DNA of 64,000 bases from an uncultured delta proteobacterium. Its GTDB lineage: Bacteria; Myxococcota; Myxococcia; Myxococcales; Anaeromyxobacteraceae. The DNA is taken from NCBI GenBank assembly GCA_963845515.1, contig CAWJSR010000035.1:1-64000 (forward strand). Reading direction: 5' to 3'. A model generated the notes under the pieces. That model did not search any database. It saw nothing but the letters and a program-made list of their open reading frames with translations, and had not been told where the DNA came from. Position numbers and translations under genes: made by a program. How positions within the stretch are numbered: the first letter of the stretch is position 1; every line of letters begins with the position of its first letter. Below, one piece after another: positions 29,818 to 40,703 of this stretch.

Positions 29818-29937
29818 GTGTCGGAGTCCTTTGCTGGGGCGTCTCGCTCCCCGTTCGCTTTCGTGGGGAGAACTTGTCGCCGTTCCGACTCTGGCGCAAT
29901 ATGCTAGGAATAGCTTCTGTGTTCCCCGGGAGGAACG

Positions 29938-30828
29938 ATGGATCTCAACCACCTGACGCTCTTCGAGGCGGTCGCGAGGACCTCCAGCTTCTCGGGGGCG
30001 GCGAAGGAGCTGCGGCTACCCAAGTCCTCGGTCAGCCGCGGCATCGCGCGGCTCGAGGAGGAGCTCGGGACCCAGCTCCTCCTGCGCACGACGCGACAGG
30101 TCTCGCTCACGAGCGCCGGCACTGCGCTCTACGACCGGATCACGCCCCTCCTCCGGCAGGTCGGCGCGGCCCTCGGAGAGCTTCCGGAGCGTGAGGAGGA
30201 GCCGGCCGGACGGCTGCGGGTCACCGCGCCGGTCGATCTCGGCGTGCTCATGCTCGCCGACGTCGTGACGCGCTTCACCGCCCGCTACCCGGCCGTCACC
30301 GTCGACCTGCACCTGACCGGCCGCGTCGTCGACCTCGTGGCCGAGAAGTTCGACGTGGCGCTCCGCGTTGCCTCCTCGCTCAAGGACTCGACCCTGGTCG
30401 CGCGCCGGGTGGCGCCGATCGTCGTCCAGCTCTTCGCCTCGCCCCTCTACCTGGCCCGGCGCGGGACGCCGCGGAGCGAGGCGGAGCTGGCCGCGCACGA
30501 CTGGGTCGCCTTCCGTGGTGGCCCGCAGAAGCTCAAGCTCGGCGGCCCCAGGGAGGCAGTCGGCGTCGAGCCCCGCGAGCGGATCCTGTGCGACGACCTC
30601 CTCTTCGTCCGCGATGCGATCGCGGCGGGCGCCGGAGTCGGCCTGCTCCCGACCTTCGTCGCCGAGCCGGAGCGGATCGCCGGGAAGCTCGTTCGCGTCC
30701 TGCCGCGGCTGGAGCGGCAGATCGGGAGCCTCCACGTCGTCACGCCCGCGGCGAAGCACGTCCCGCGCAAGGTGACCGCCTTCAGGGACCTGATAGTGGA
30801 GCTGCTCGGGCCGGGCGCGCGCGCGTGA
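29938..30828 (+). CDS. LysR-family transcriptional regulator (CrgA-like), divergent from the yceI-family gene
   Basis: SFSGAAKEL..PKSSVSRGIARLEEELG..LL.RTTR; DLVAEKFDVALR. Confidence 0.93.
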   Translation: MDLNHLTLFEAVARTSSFSGAAKELRLPKSSVSRGIARLEEELGTQLLLRTTRQVSLTSAGTALYDRITPLLRQVGAALGELPEREEEPAGRLRVTAPVDLGVLMLADVVTRFTARYPAVTVDLHLTGRVVDLVAEKFDVALRVASSLKDSTLVARRVAPIVVQLFASPLYLARRGTPRSEAELAAHDWVAFRGGPQKLKLGGPREAVGVEPRERILCDDLLFVRDAIAAGAGVGLLPTFVAEPERIAGKLVRVLPRLERQIGSLHVVTPAAKHVPRKVTAFRDLIVELLGPGARA

Positions 30829-30844
30829 CCCGAGCGGCTGGATT

Positions 30845-30885
30845 CCCTCCCTGTCCCCCTCCGGCCGGGGAGAGGCAGCTCACCG
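30845..30885. repeat. REP-like palindrome (copy 2)
   Basis: CCTGTCCCC...GGGGAGAGG followed by CTCACC, at a convergent junction. Confidence 0.5.
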
Positions 30886-31668
30886 TGTGAAGATCTCCTC
30901 GAAGAAGGCCTTCATCGCGATCCAGGAGCGCCTGTCCGCCGTCTCGTTGTAGGCGGCCCCCTTGGAGTTGTCGCTCCCCGCGCCCGGGTTGGTGAAGCTG
31001 TGGACGGCGCCGGAGTACTTCACGAGCTGCCAGTCCACCTTCGCGGCGCGCATCTCGTCCTCGAACGCAGCGACCTGGGGTGGCGGCACGTTCGGATCAT
31101 CCGCGCCGTGGAGCACCAGTACCTTGGCCCTCACGTTCTTCGCGTCGCCCGGGGTTGGCGTGTCGAGCCCGCCGTGGAAGCTCACCACGCCCTGGATCGC
31201 GGCGCCCGAGCGGGCCAGCTCCAGCACCGCGGTGCCGCCGAAGCAGTATCCAATCGCGGCGATCCTGGCGGGATCGACGTTGGGCTGCCGCGCCAGCTCG
31301 TCGAGCCCGGCGCGCGCCCGCTCGCGGAGCAGCGCCCGATCTCCCTTGTAGCGACCTGCGGTCGCGGCGGCCTCCTTCGGCGTCGCGGGGCGGACTCCCT
31401 TGCCGTATATGTCCGCGGCGAACGCGACGTAGCCGAGCGCCGCGAGCTGTTCGACCCGCTTGCGCGTGTACGGGTTGATGCCGGTCCACTCGTGTACGAC
31501 GAGCACGCCGGGGCGCTTCGCCGGACCCGCGGCGTCGTAGGCGAGGTAGCCCTCGAGCACGGTCTCCCCCTGCCGGTACTCCACCGTGCGGGTCAGGACC
31601 TCCGCCCGCCCGGGAGCGGCGGCGCAGAGGTACAGCAGGGCAAACAGTGCTCTGAGCGAGGTGTGCAT
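30880..31668 (-). CDS. Dienelactone hydrolase family protein (secreted)
   Basis: VVHEWTG, GYCFGG, SFHG, HGADDP, HSFT. Confidence 0.92.
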   Translation of the reverse strand: MHTSLRALFALLYLCAAAPGRAEVLTRTVEYRQGETVLEGYLAYDAAGPAKRPGVLVVHEWTGINPYTRKRVEQLAALGYVAFAADIYGKGVRPATPKEAAATAGRYKGDRALLRERARAGLDELARQPNVDPARIAAIGYCFGGTAVLELARSGAAIQGVVSFHGGLDTPTPGDAKNVRAKVLVLHGADDPNVPPPQVAAFEDEMRAAKVDWQLVKYSGAVHSFTNPGAGSDNSKGAAYNETADRRSWIAMKAFFEEIFTR

Positions 31669-31997
31669 GGCTCTTACCTCCGGTCGCGACCGATAACCGC
31701 GAGGATGCCTCCCCGCATCACCGCACCCGGGGCGGGTCACGCAAGGCTTGCCGCGGCACCGCCCCTGGGGGTCATTTCGCGCAACGAAGGGGCGCCGCGC
31801 GCAAATTCAGCGCGCTGACCCTTGCAGACGGGGTGCGAGAAATGCCAACATCGCCGATTCCGAGGCCATCGCGAGCGAGGTCTACGGTCCCAAATAGCCA
31901 GTCCCAGTAGGGTGCAGTCCTCAGCCTGTCTCAAGGCCGGCGCTCTTTTAGGAAAGGCCCGCCGGCCAGGTGGTGGATCGTAGTACCGGAGAATTCG

Positions 31998-33191
31998 ATG
32001 AACGTCCTCGTGCTCAATTGTGGCAGCTCCTCGGCGAAGTTCGCTGTGATCAACGCGTCGGACGGCCAGGAGCTTGCCTCGGGCATCGCGCAGCGGCTCG
32101 GCTCCGCGCACGCCTCCCTGGACTGGAAGATCGACGGGAAGAAGCAGTCCAAGGACCTTCACCGCGCCGACCACGACATAGGGCTCCGCGCCGTCGTGGA
32201 CCTCCTGCGGGAGGCGAAGCTGGTCGATGCCCTCGTCGGCGTCGGCCACCGCGTCGTCCATGGCGGCGCCAAGTTCTCGGCCTCGATGGCGATCACGCAG
32301 GAGGTCATCGACAAGATCACCGAGTGCATCCCCCTCGGCCCGCTCCACAACCCCGCCAACCTGCTCGGCATCAACATCGCGAAGGAGCTCTTCCCGACGC
32401 TCCCTCAGGTCGCGGTCTTCGACACCGCGTTCCACCAGACGATGCCCGAGCGCGCCTACCTCTACGCGGTCCCGTACGAGTGGTTCGTCGAGAACGAGGT
32501 CCGCCGCTACGGCTTCCACGGAACGAGCCACCGGTACGTCTCGGAGCAGGCTGTCAAGCGGCTCGGGCTCGATCCGAACGACCACACGCTCGTCACCGCC
32601 CACCTCGGCAACGGCTGCTCCTGCACCGCCGTGAAGAACGGCAAGAGCATGGACACGACGATGGGGCTGACGCCGCTCGAGGGGGTCGTCATGGGGACCC
32701 GCTCCGGCTCGATCGACCCCTCGATCATCTCGCACATGAAGGGCGCCCTGGGTAAGTCGGCCCACGACGTGATGGACATCCTCAACAAGCGCTCGGGCCT
32801 CCTCGGGATCTCGGGGCTGTCCAACGACATGCGGACGCTCCACGAGGCGGCCGTCGCCGGCCACAAGCGGGCCGCGCTCGCCATCGACAAGTTCTGCTAC
32901 TCGGTCGCCAAGGCCTGCGCCGGGCTCGTCGTGTCCGCCGGCGGGATGGACGCGCTCGTCTTCACCGGAGGCATCGGCGAGAACGCGACCTTCGTCCGCG
33001 CGAAGATCGTCGAACACCTCAAGTTCCTCGGGCTGACGCTGGACCCGGCGGCGAACCTCACCCACGGCAAGGAGAGCAACGGCCGGATCACGGTCGAGAC
33101 CAGGCCGCAGGCGGTCGTCATCCCGACCAACGAGGAGCTGATGATCGCCCTCGACACGGCAGAGATCATCGCCAAGAAGCCCAAGGCGTAG
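31998..33191 (+). CDS. ackA: Acetate kinase
   Basis: LVLNCGSSSAK, GHRVVHGG, PLHNP, FDTAFH, YGFHGTSH, HLGNG, FTGGIGEN, IPTNEE. Confidence 0.97.
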   Translation: MNVLVLNCGSSSAKFAVINASDGQELASGIAQRLGSAHASLDWKIDGKKQSKDLHRADHDIGLRAVVDLLREAKLVDALVGVGHRVVHGGAKFSASMAITQEVIDKITECIPLGPLHNPANLLGINIAKELFPTLPQVAVFDTAFHQTMPERAYLYAVPYEWFVENEVRRYGFHGTSHRYVSEQAVKRLGLDPNDHTLVTAHLGNGCSCTAVKNGKSMDTTMGLTPLEGVVMGTRSGSIDPSIISHMKGALGKSAHDVMDILNKRSGLLGISGLSNDMRTLHEAAVAGHKRAALAIDKFCYSVAKACAGLVVSAGGMDALVFTGGIGENATFVRAKIVEHLKFLGLTLDPAANLTHGKESNGRITVETRPQAVVIPTNEELMIALDTAEIIAKKPKA

Positions 33192-33231
33192 CAGGCCGGA
33201 AGTCCAACCCGCACCCCCAGCGAAGACAGCC

Positions 33232-35367
33232 ATGCCCCAGACCCTCCTCGTCGCCCCGTCGGGCCGTCAGGTCGGCCTCACGACCTCCTGTCTCGGCCTC
33301 GTCCGCGCGCTCGATCGCCTCGGCGCCCGCGTCGCCTTCGTGAAACCAGTCGCCGCCCGCGGGGTGGACCGGACCGTCGCCCTCATGAAGCAGGGGGCGC
33401 GCCTCTCGCCGCCCGAGCCGATCGCCCGGGCCGAGGCGGAGGCGCTCCTCGCCGCCGGCGACGACCAGACGCTCCTCGAGCGCGTGGTCGCGCTCTGCAA
33501 CGAGGCCGCGAAGGGTGCCGACGTCCTCGTCGTGGCCGGCATGGAGCCGGAGCCTGGGATGGTCTGGGCGACCCGGATGAACAACCTGATGCTCAAGGCG
33601 CTCGACGCGGAGCTGGTCCTCGTCGGGGCCCCGGGGGCCGACGGCCCCGCCGACGCCGCCAACGCGGTCGCCATCGCCGCGGCGGGCTACGCGCCCCTCC
33701 CCGAGGGGAGGGTCGTGGGGGCCATCCTGAACCGCGTCTCGAGGCAGAGTGGGAGCGACGGCCGGAGCACCTGGGTCGACGCCGGCATCGCCGTCCCGCA
33801 GCTCAGCGCCGACGACATCGACGCCTACAAGAAGGCGCTCGACGCGAAGAAGCTGAAGGCGGTCGCGGTCCTCCCGGCGACGAGCGCCATCGCCTCGCCG
33901 CGCGTCAAGGACGTCGCGGACGCGCTCGGCGCGAAGGCGCTGCGCCCCGGCGACTACGAGCGGCGGCGCGTGACGAGCATCGCCGTGGCGGCCTCCACCG
34001 CGCCGACCGCGTCGCGCTACTTCAAGCCCGGCACCCTCATCGTCACGCCGGGCGACCGGACCGACATCATCGAGGCGGCCGCCCTGGCCGTCCAGAACGG
34101 CACGCCGCTCGCCGGCCTGCTCCTGACCGGCGGCATCGTCCCGGGCGACAAGACCCTCGCCCTCTGCGAGGGCGCCCTCAAGACGGGCTTCCCGATCCTC
34201 ACGATCGAGAGCACGACGTTCCCGACTGCGACGGCCGTCGCGAACATCGACCTGCAGATCGCCGCCGACGACGCCGAGCGCGTCGATCGCGTGATGAACA
34301 CCGTCGCCGACCAGCTCGACGCGGAGTGGGTCAAGGCGCTCGCCGGGTCCACGCGGGTGACGCGCCTCTCCCCGCCGGCGTTCCGCTACAAGCTCGTCGA
34401 GACGGCCCGCGCGCTCAACAAGCGGATCGTCCTGCCGGAGGGGAACGAGCCTCGCACCGTCAAGGCGGCCGCCATCGCGCAGGAGCGCGGCATCGCCCGC
34501 TGCGTCCTGCTCGGGAACCCCGACGAGATCCGCGCGATCGCGCAGAAGCAGGGGGTCAAGCTCCCCGCCTCCATCGAGATCATCGACCCTGCCAGCTCGG
34601 CGCCGAAGTACGTCGACGCGCTCGTCGAGCGGCGCAAGCACAAGGGGATGACGGCGCAGACGGCTGGCGAGGAGCTCTCCGACACCATCATGCTCGGCAC
34701 CATGATGATGGTGCTCGACGAGGCGGACGGGCTCGTCTCCGGCGCGGTCCACACGACCGCCCACACGGTCCGGCCGGCGCTGCAGCTCATCAAGACTGCG
34801 CCCGGCTGCAACCTCGTGTCGTCGATCTTCTTCATGTGCCTGCCGGAGCAGGTGCTGGTCTTCGGCGACTGCGCCATCGTGCCGAACCCGACGGTGGAGG
34901 AGCTGGCCGACATCGCGATCCAGAGCGCCGACTCCGCCGCGGCTTTCGGTATCGAGCCGCGCGTCGCGATGCTCTCCTACTCCACCGGCGTCTCGGGCGC
35001 CGGCGCCGAGGTGGAGAAGGTGGCGAAGGCGACGGCGCTCGCGAAGAGCCTCCGCCCCGACCTCGCCATCGACGGCCCGCTCCAGTACGACGCGGCCCTC
35101 ATGCCCGACGTCGGCCGGTCGAAGGCGCCGAAGTCCCCGGTCGCCGGAAAGGCCACGGTCTTCATCTTCCCCGACCTCAACACGGGGAACGTGACCTACA
35201 AGGCGGTGCAGCGCAGCGCCAACGCCCTCGCGATGGGGCCGATGCTGCAGGGCATGGCGAAGCCGGTGAACGACCTCTCACGCGGCTGCCTCGTCGAGGA
35301 CATCGTCTTCACGATCGCGCTCACCGCCATCCAGGCCGAGCAGGCGAAGACCCGCGGAAAGAAGTAG
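33232..35367 (+). CDS. pta: Phosphate acetyltransferase (long form with DRTGG domain)
   Basis: TPGDRTD, SPPAFRY.L, RIVLPEG, DGLVSGA, DGPLQYDAA, FPDLNTGN, NDLSRG. Confidence 0.97.
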   Translation: MPQTLLVAPSGRQVGLTTSCLGLVRALDRLGARVAFVKPVAARGVDRTVALMKQGARLSPPEPIARAEAEALLAAGDDQTLLERVVALCNEAAKGADVLVVAGMEPEPGMVWATRMNNLMLKALDAELVLVGAPGADGPADAANAVAIAAAGYAPLPEGRVVGAILNRVSRQSGSDGRSTWVDAGIAVPQLSADDIDAYKKALDAKKLKAVAVLPATSAIASPRVKDVADALGAKALRPGDYERRRVTSIAVAASTAPTASRYFKPGTLIVTPGDRTDIIEAAALAVQNGTPLAGLLLTGGIVPGDKTLALCEGALKTGFPILTIESTTFPTATAVANIDLQIAADDAERVDRVMNTVADQLDAEWVKALAGSTRVTRLSPPAFRYKLVETARALNKRIVLPEGNEPRTVKAAAIAQERGIARCVLLGNPDEIRAIAQKQGVKLPASIEIIDPASSAPKYVDALVERRKHKGMTAQTAGEELSDTIMLGTMMMVLDEADGLVSGAVHTTAHTVRPALQLIKTAPGCNLVSSIFFMCLPEQVLVFGDCAIVPNPTVEELADIAIQSADSAAAFGIEPRVAMLSYSTGVSGAGAEVEKVAKATALAKSLRPDLAIDGPLQYDAALMPDVGRSKAPKSPVAGKATVFIFPDLNTGNVTYKAVQRSANALAMGPMLQGMAKPVNDLSRGCLVEDIVFTIALTAIQAEQAKTRGKK

Positions 35368-35387
35368 CCCCGCCTCCGGCGATCGCG

Positions 35388-35422
35388 AAGACCTCTCCCG
35401 CAGCCGCGGGAGGGGGCTTTTC
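35388..35422 (+). terminator. Rho-independent terminator after ackA-pta
   Basis: CCTCTCCCGC-AGCC-GCGGGAGGGG stem followed by GCTTTT. Confidence 0.7.
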
Positions 35423-35751
35423 AGTTCGCCTCGGCGCCATGGCGAGGCGCGCGGACCCTTGGGGCCGGGAGACCGCACCCATGAGTCCTCAGTCACTCGC
35501 GACAATCCGTCCGCGCAGACGCTGCATGCGCCTTCACGAAGCGTGACTGCCGCGCCGCGGCAAGGCGGGCTGCGCGCGCAGAGCCGCGTGATCCCGCCGG
35601 ATCCAGTGGCGCTGACGCTACCAATGGGCGAGCGGACTCAATGCACCCCGGGTGAATGCAGATTGTCGCAGGGCGCAGCGTTTGCGCGCGCCGCTGGGCC
35701 GGTTCGATGCACGTGGGTCGACGTTCGCCACGGGACTTTGAGGAGAGACAC

Positions 35752-37425
35752 ATGAGGAACCTCGGTATCGGTGCTCGGCTCGGGACTGTCTTCGCTGCGC
35801 TGCTCGCTGCCGTCGCAGTCGTCGGCTGGCTCGGCATGGACCGGCTCGCGAGCCAGAAGCAGTCCCTCGGGAAGATCGCGGGACCGCGCTGGGAGGAGAC
35901 CGAGGACGCCGTGAAGGGGATCGAGCTGATCGGTCACCGCACCGCGCTCGTCTCCGCGGTCTTCCTCTCCGCCGACGACCGGACGATGTCCGCCGCGCTC
36001 CGCGCCGCAGGCGAGGAGGAGCGGACGGCTGCCGCCGAGCTCGACGCCCTCACCGCGCACGTCAAGGGGCTCGGCTGCAAGCCCGGCATGGAGACCCTCG
36101 CGCAGGTCCACGCCGCCACCGACGCGTTCGACGCGGCCTTCCAGCGTTCGAAGGGGATGCTCGACGCCGGCCAGCGCGATGAGGCCCGGGCGTTCGCAGC
36201 GGCCGAGGTGCTGCCCAGGCTCGACGACGTCCAGCAGGCGTGGATGGCCTTCTTCGCCCACGAGGGCGTCCACGTCCGCACCGCCTCCGACGGCGTCGAA
36301 GCCGAGTACACGAGCGCACGGAACATCACCGTCTCGCTCATCGCCGCCGCCATCATCGCCGCGGCGCTCCTCGCCATCTGGATCACCCGCGGGATCACCG
36401 GGCCGGTGGCGGACGCCGTCTCTGCCGCGGCGCGCATCGCCGCCGGCGACCTGCGCGACCCGGTCAAGGTCACCTCGCGGGACGAGATCGGCCTGCTCCA
36501 GCAGGCGATGCGGGACATGGGAGAGAAGCTGGCGGAGGTGATAGGCGAGGTGCGCGGCGGCGCGACCGCGCTCGGATCCGCCTCGGCCCAGGTCTCCAGC
36601 ACCGCCCAGACGCTGTCGCAGGGGACTGGCGAGCAGGCCGCGTCCGTCGAGGAGACCACCTCGGCCCTGGAGGAGATGGGGAGCTCCATCACGCAGAACG
36701 CCGAGAACAGCCGCCAGACCGAGATGATGGCCAAGGAGCAGGCCGCCCGCGCCGAGGAGAGCGGCCGCGCGGTCCTCGAGACCGTGGCGGCGATGCGCAC
36801 GATCGCCGAGCGGATCTCGATCATCGAGGAGATCGCGTACCAGACCAACCTCCTCGCGCTGAACGCCGCCATCGAGGCGGCCCGGGCCGGCGAGCACGGG
36901 CGCGGGTTCGCCGTCGTGGCGACCGAGGTCCGGAAGCTGGCGGAGCGGGCGCAGAAGGCGGCCCAGGAGATCGGCGCCATGGCGGGGACGTCCGTCGCCG
37001 TCGCCGAGCGGAGCGGCAACCTCATCTCGGAGCTGGTCCCCGCCATCCGCAAGACCGCCGACCTCGTGCAGGAGGTCTCCGCGGCGTCGCAGGAGCAGGG
37101 GGCGGGCGTCGGGCAGGTCAACAAGGCCATGGCCGTCGTCGACTCGGTGACCCAGCGGAACGCGAGCGCCGCCGAGGAGCTCTCCTCGACCTCCGAGGAG
37201 ATGGCGTCGCAGGCGGAGGCGCTCCAGTCGCTCATGTCCTTCTTCCGGCTCGCGGACGAGCGCGCGACCCGCGCCCTGCCGCGCCCGATGGCTGCCAGGT
37301 CCGCGGAGGCCAGGCCGCCCAGGGTCGCGCCGGAGTACCCGCACCCGGTCCTCCCCAGCCCCGGACACTCCGCCCCAGGCGCGGCGAAGCCGGCACGCGG
37401 CGACGGCTCGTTCAAGCGGTTCTAG
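35752..37425 (+). CDS. Methyl-accepting chemotaxis protein (four-helix-bundle sensor, HAMP, MA domain)
   Basis: Two TMs, [41 protein letters not shown]-terminal SFKRF pentapeptide. Confidence 0.95.
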   Translation: MRNLGIGARLGTVFAALLAAVAVVGWLGMDRLASQKQSLGKIAGPRWEETEDAVKGIELIGHRTALVSAVFLSADDRTMSAALRAAGEEERTAAAELDALTAHVKGLGCKPGMETLAQVHAATDAFDAAFQRSKGMLDAGQRDEARAFAAAEVLPRLDDVQQAWMAFFAHEGVHVRTASDGVEAEYTSARNITVSLIAAAIIAAALLAIWITRGITGPVADAVSAAARIAAGDLRDPVKVTSRDEIGLLQQAMRDMGEKLAEVIGEVRGGATALGSASAQVSSTAQTLSQGTGEQAASVEETTSALEEMGSSITQNAENSRQTEMMAKEQAARAEESGRAVLETVAAMRTIAERISIIEEIAYQTNLLALNAAIEAARAGEHGRGFAVVATEVRKLAERAQKAAQEIGAMAGTSVAVAERSGNLISELVPAIRKTADLVQEVSAASQEQGAGVGQVNKAMAVVDSVTQRNASAAEELSSTSEEMASQAEALQSLMSFFRLADERATRALPRPMAARSAEARPPRVAPEYPHPVLPSPGHSAPGAAKPARGDGSFKRF

Positions 37426-38084
37426 CGGACCATCCCGCGCACGAGCCCGTCGAGCTGACCCGGGTCGATCCCTGCCTCGTGCAGGACGGCCCCCCAGGTC
37501 GTCCGGCCCGCACGTACCTCGACCACGAGCGGTAGGACCGGCGCGCCCAGCTTCGACGAGACGACCGTGGCGACCACCAGCTCCTCGGTGCCGGCGCCAG
37601 CGGCACGGATCGCCTTCAGCGCCGCTGGGCTCGCCCGCGTTCGGGCCACGAGCACGTCGTCCACGGCCAGGGCGGCCAGCTCCGGCGCCCCCGCATCCCG
37701 CGCCAGCGCTGCGTCGAAGGCCGGGCCCAGCGTGCCGGCCCCTGCCAGCGCCGCCCTCCAGGAGCCCTTCTCGGCGCGCGCGTCCAGCAGCCCGGCGGGC
37801 TGCCGCTTCGAGCGCGCGGCGGCCCAGTGGGCGACCCACAGATCCTCCGGCGTCGTCCCGGTCATCACGGCGCGCACCAGCTCCGTCTTCGGCACCCCGA
37901 AGGCCGCCGAGAGGAGGGAGCTGCGCGTCGTGGCGAGGATGTACGGATTGGCAGCTCCGGGGCGCGCCGGCTCGAAGGTACGGTCCTGGAAGCAGTGGCA
38001 GCCTGCTGTCGCCTCAGGGCGCGCGACGGCGGGGAGGAGAACGAGGGCGGCGGCGAGTGTCAGGGCGGGGGTCGTCCAATGCAT
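37422..38084 (-). CDS. Hypothetical exported protein (CHCF motif)
   Basis: Signal peptide then [12 protein letters not shown]3-biased coding frame. Confidence 0.65.
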   Translation of the reverse strand: MHWTTPALTLAAALVLLPAVARPEATAGCHCFQDRTFEPARPGAANPYILATTRSSLLSAAFGVPKTELVRAVMTGTTPEDLWVAHWAAARSKRQPAGLLDARAEKGSWRAALAGAGTLGPAFDAALARDAGAPELAALAVDDVLVARTRASPAALKAIRAAGAGTEELVVATVVSSKLGAPVLPLVVEVRAGRTTWGAVLHEAGIDPGQLDGLVRGMVR

Positions 38085-38155
38085 TGGGGGGGGGCCTCCA
38101 GCACCCTGATGTAACGGCATGTTCACTGCGGCGCCAGACCTGCTAGAAAGCACCC

Positions 38156-39898
38156 GTGCCCTTCCTGTCCCTTGGCGCGCACCCCTTCCTCGCACGCGCC
38201 CTCGCCCTCCACGGTTACGAGCAGCCCACGCCGGTCCAGTCCGCGGTCCTCGCCGAGGCGCTGCGGGGCCGCGACCTGCTGGTCTCCTCGCGAACCGGCT
38301 CCGGCAAGACGGTGGCCTTCGGGCTCGTCCTCGCCGACACGCTGCTCGGCGCCGAGACGTCCTTCGGTCGGGCCGGACCGCCGCTGGGGCTCGTCGTCGC
38401 CCCGACTCGCGAGCTGGCCGTCCAGGTCCAGCGTGAGCTGTCCTGGCTCCTCGCCGAGGCAGGCGGGAAGGTGGTCGCCTGCGTCGGTGGCATGGACGCC
38501 CGGCGCGAGGCGCGCTCGCTCTCCGATGGCGCCCACCTCGTGGTCGGCACCCCGGGCCGCCTCCTGGATCACCACAGGCGCCGCTCGCTAGACCTCTCCC
38601 AGCTGCGCGCCCTCGTGCTCGACGAGGCGGACGAGATGCTCGACATGGGGTTCCGCGAGGAGCTGGAGGCGATCCTCGCCGCCGCCCCTCCCGAGCGCCG
38701 GACCATCCTCTTCTCGGCGACGCTCCCGAAGCCGATCGTCGAGCTCTCCAAGAAGTACACGCGCGACCCGGTCCGCGTCGCGGCCACCAACCCGAGGCAG
38801 GCGCACGAAGACATCGCCTGGCGCGCCCACGTGGTCGCGGCGAACGAGCGGGAGCACGCGATCGTCAACGTGCTCCGTCGGCTGGAGCCCGAGAGCGCCC
38901 TCGTCTTCCGCGGTACGCGCGAGGCCGCCCACCACACGTCCTCGAGCCTCTCCGAGCGCGGGTTCGCCGCGGTCGCCATCTCGGGAGAGCTGACGCAGGG
39001 AGAGCGGACGCGCGCGCTGAAGGAGCTGCGCGACGGCCGCGCCCGGGTCCTCGTCGCCACCGACGTCGCCGCCCGCGGCCTGGACCTGCCCGGGATCGAG
39101 CTGGTCCTCCACGGCGATCCGCCGCGCGACCCCCAGGCCCTCCAGCACCGGAGCGGGCGCACCGGTCGCGCCGGCAAGAAGGGGCTGGCAGTGCTGCTCG
39201 CCGCGCCCAACGAGCGGCTCAAGGTCGAGCGGATGCTGAAGGAGATCGGCGCCGCCGTCGAGTGGACGCCGGTCCCCACGCCCGAGGAGATCCGCGGCTG
39301 CGACGAGGAGCGGCTCGCCGCCCGGCTCGACGCGATGAGCGCCGAGACGACCGAGGAGGAGCTCTCCGCCGCCAGCCGCCTGCTGGTGGGGCGCGACCCG
39401 AACCAGGTCGCCGCAGCGCTCGTCCGGCTGGAGCGGTCCAGGCTCCCCGCCCCCGAGGAGCTCACCGAGACGGCCGCCGCCGCCAGGCAGCTTCCGGTGG
39501 CGCGCGGCGTGCGCAAGGCCCGCGGCGGTCCGCCGAAGGACTGCGTCTGGTTCAGGATCGGCATCGGGCGCGAGAAGAACGCCGACCCGAAGTGGATCCT
39601 GCCGATCATCTGCCGCCGCGGGGAGGTCACCCGCGACGAGATCGGCAAGATCGTGATCGAGGAGCGCCAGACCCGCTTCGAGGTGGCGCGGGAGGCCGCC
39701 GAGGCCTTCCAGAAGGCGGCCGCGCAGCCCGACCCCCGCGCGCCCGGAGTCCGGATCGATCCGTGGCGTGGCCCACCACCGTCCGACCGGCCCGCCCCTG
39801 CGGCCCGGACCCACGCCGCCCCCGCCGCGCGGCGCGGCGACGGCCACCTGGAGCCCGGCGGCGGCCACCGGCCGCCCGCGCGGAAGCCTCGCAAGTGA
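38156..39898 (+). CDS. DEAD-box RNA helicase with DbpA-type RNA-binding domain
   Basis: PTPVQ, SRTGSGKT, PTRELA, DEADEML, SAT, ARGLD, HRSGRTGR; WFRIGIGR...IGKI C-terminal domain. Confidence 0.92.
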   Translation: MPFLSLGAHPFLARALALHGYEQPTPVQSAVLAEALRGRDLLVSSRTGSGKTVAFGLVLADTLLGAETSFGRAGPPLGLVVAPTRELAVQVQRELSWLLAEAGGKVVACVGGMDARREARSLSDGAHLVVGTPGRLLDHHRRRSLDLSQLRALVLDEADEMLDMGFREELEAILAAAPPERRTILFSATLPKPIVELSKKYTRDPVRVAATNPRQAHEDIAWRAHVVAANEREHAIVNVLRRLEPESALVFRGTREAAHHTSSSLSERGFAAVAISGELTQGERTRALKELRDGRARVLVATDVAARGLDLPGIELVLHGDPPRDPQALQHRSGRTGRAGKKGLAVLLAAPNERLKVERMLKEIGAAVEWTPVPTPEEIRGCDEERLAARLDAMSAETTEEELSAASRLLVGRDPNQVAAALVRLERSRLPAPEELTETAAAARQLPVARGVRKARGGPPKDCVWFRIGIGREKNADPKWILPIICRRGEVTRDEIGKIVIEERQTRFEVAREAAEAFQKAAAQPDPRAPGVRIDPWRGPPPSDRPAPAARTHAAPAARRGDGHLEPGGGHRPPARKPRK

Positions 39899-39901
39899 CG
39901 A

Positions 39902-39931
39902 AGAGGGGCCCGGCGGCAGCCGAGCCCCTTC
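39902..39931. terminator. Bidirectional hairpin between the helicase and csp genes
   Basis: AGGGGCCCGGC-GGCA-GCCGAGCCCCT. Confidence 0.6.
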
Positions 39932-39952
39932 GGTGAAGCGCGCGAGCGCTCT

Positions 39953-40156
39953 TCAGGCGCCCTTGACGTTGGCCGCCTGGAGCCCCTTCGGCCCCTTCTT
40001 GACCTCGAACTCCACCTTCTGGCCCTCCTTCAACGTCCGGAAGCCGTCGGCGACGATCGCGGTGTGGTGGACGAAGACGTCCTCACCCCCGCCATCCTGA
40101 GTGATGAAACCGAAGCCCTTCGCGTCGTTGAACCACTTCACCGTACCAGTAGCCAT
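39953..40156 (-). CDS. cspA: Cold-shock protein
   Basis: [18 protein letters not shown]...DVFVH...[11 protein letters not shown]. Confidence 0.96.
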   Translation of the reverse strand: MATGTVKWFNDAKGFGFITQDGGGEDVFVHHTAIVADGFRTLKEGQKVEFEVKKGPKGLQAANVKGA

Positions 40157-40230
40157 CCTGCACGCTTCGCTTTCGTGAATTCGGACGGCGACTTTGCCGG
40201 CCGCCACGCCACGACGGGGCGGGAATATTC

Positions 40231-40259
40231 ATCTTAGAAGGGGGTTCCGAATCCGTCCA
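40231..40259 (-). promoter_or_regulatory. Putative sigma70 promoter of csp
   Basis: Minus strand TGGACG-N17-TAAGAT, about 75 bp upstream of the ATG. Confidence 0.5.
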
Positions 40260-40393
40260 CATCCGCAGGGCTTCGCTACCAGTGCGGGCGATGGCCCCAT
40301 GCCGCAGAGCGTCACGACGTCAGCGCGCGTTTGCCAAAAAACCCTTCCTCGCGCATGTGAACCCGTGGCAGGTATGTCGGACCGTGCTTTTCT

Positions 40394-40407
40394 TTGATCT
40401 CCAGCAA
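40394..40407 (+). promoter_or_regulatory. Possible FNR/CRP-type box upstream of the 2-oxoacid:ferredoxin oxidoreductase operon
   Basis: TTGAT-CTCC-AGCAA, one mismatch to TTGAT-N4-ATCAA. Confidence 0.3.
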
Positions 40408-40421
40408 TCGGCCAGGTGGCG

Positions 40422-40652
40422 ATGACCCAGGGAACCGTCACGGTCGCTTCGGAGCTGTGCAAGGGGTGCGAGCTCTGCATGGCTGCCTGCCCGCAGGAGT
40501 GCCTTGCAATGTCGCCGGAGTTCAACGCCCGCGGTTACCGGTTCGCCGTGCTCGCGCCGGACCGCTGCACCGGCTGTGGCGCCTGCGCCATCGTCTGCCC
40601 CGACACGGCCCTCACCGTCTTCCGCGTGGCGCGGAAGCCCCGCGCGGCCTGA
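40422..40652 (+). CDS. 2x[4Fe-4S] ferredoxin (delta subunit)
   Basis: CKGCELCMAACP and CTGCGACAIVCPD. Confidence 0.93.
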   Translation: MTQGTVTVASELCKGCELCMAACPQECLAMSPEFNARGYRFAVLAPDRCTGCGACAIVCPDTALTVFRVARKPRAA

Positions 40653-40703
40653 CGAACCGTGAAGAGACCCGACCGCCATGACGCTCCCGGACTCGCCCAG
40701 AGA

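Noticed and set aside
35637..35666. Sigma28 promoter for the MCP gene (TCAA...GCAGATTG)
   Set aside because: Spacing is one base off and the -10 element has mismatches; too weak to call.
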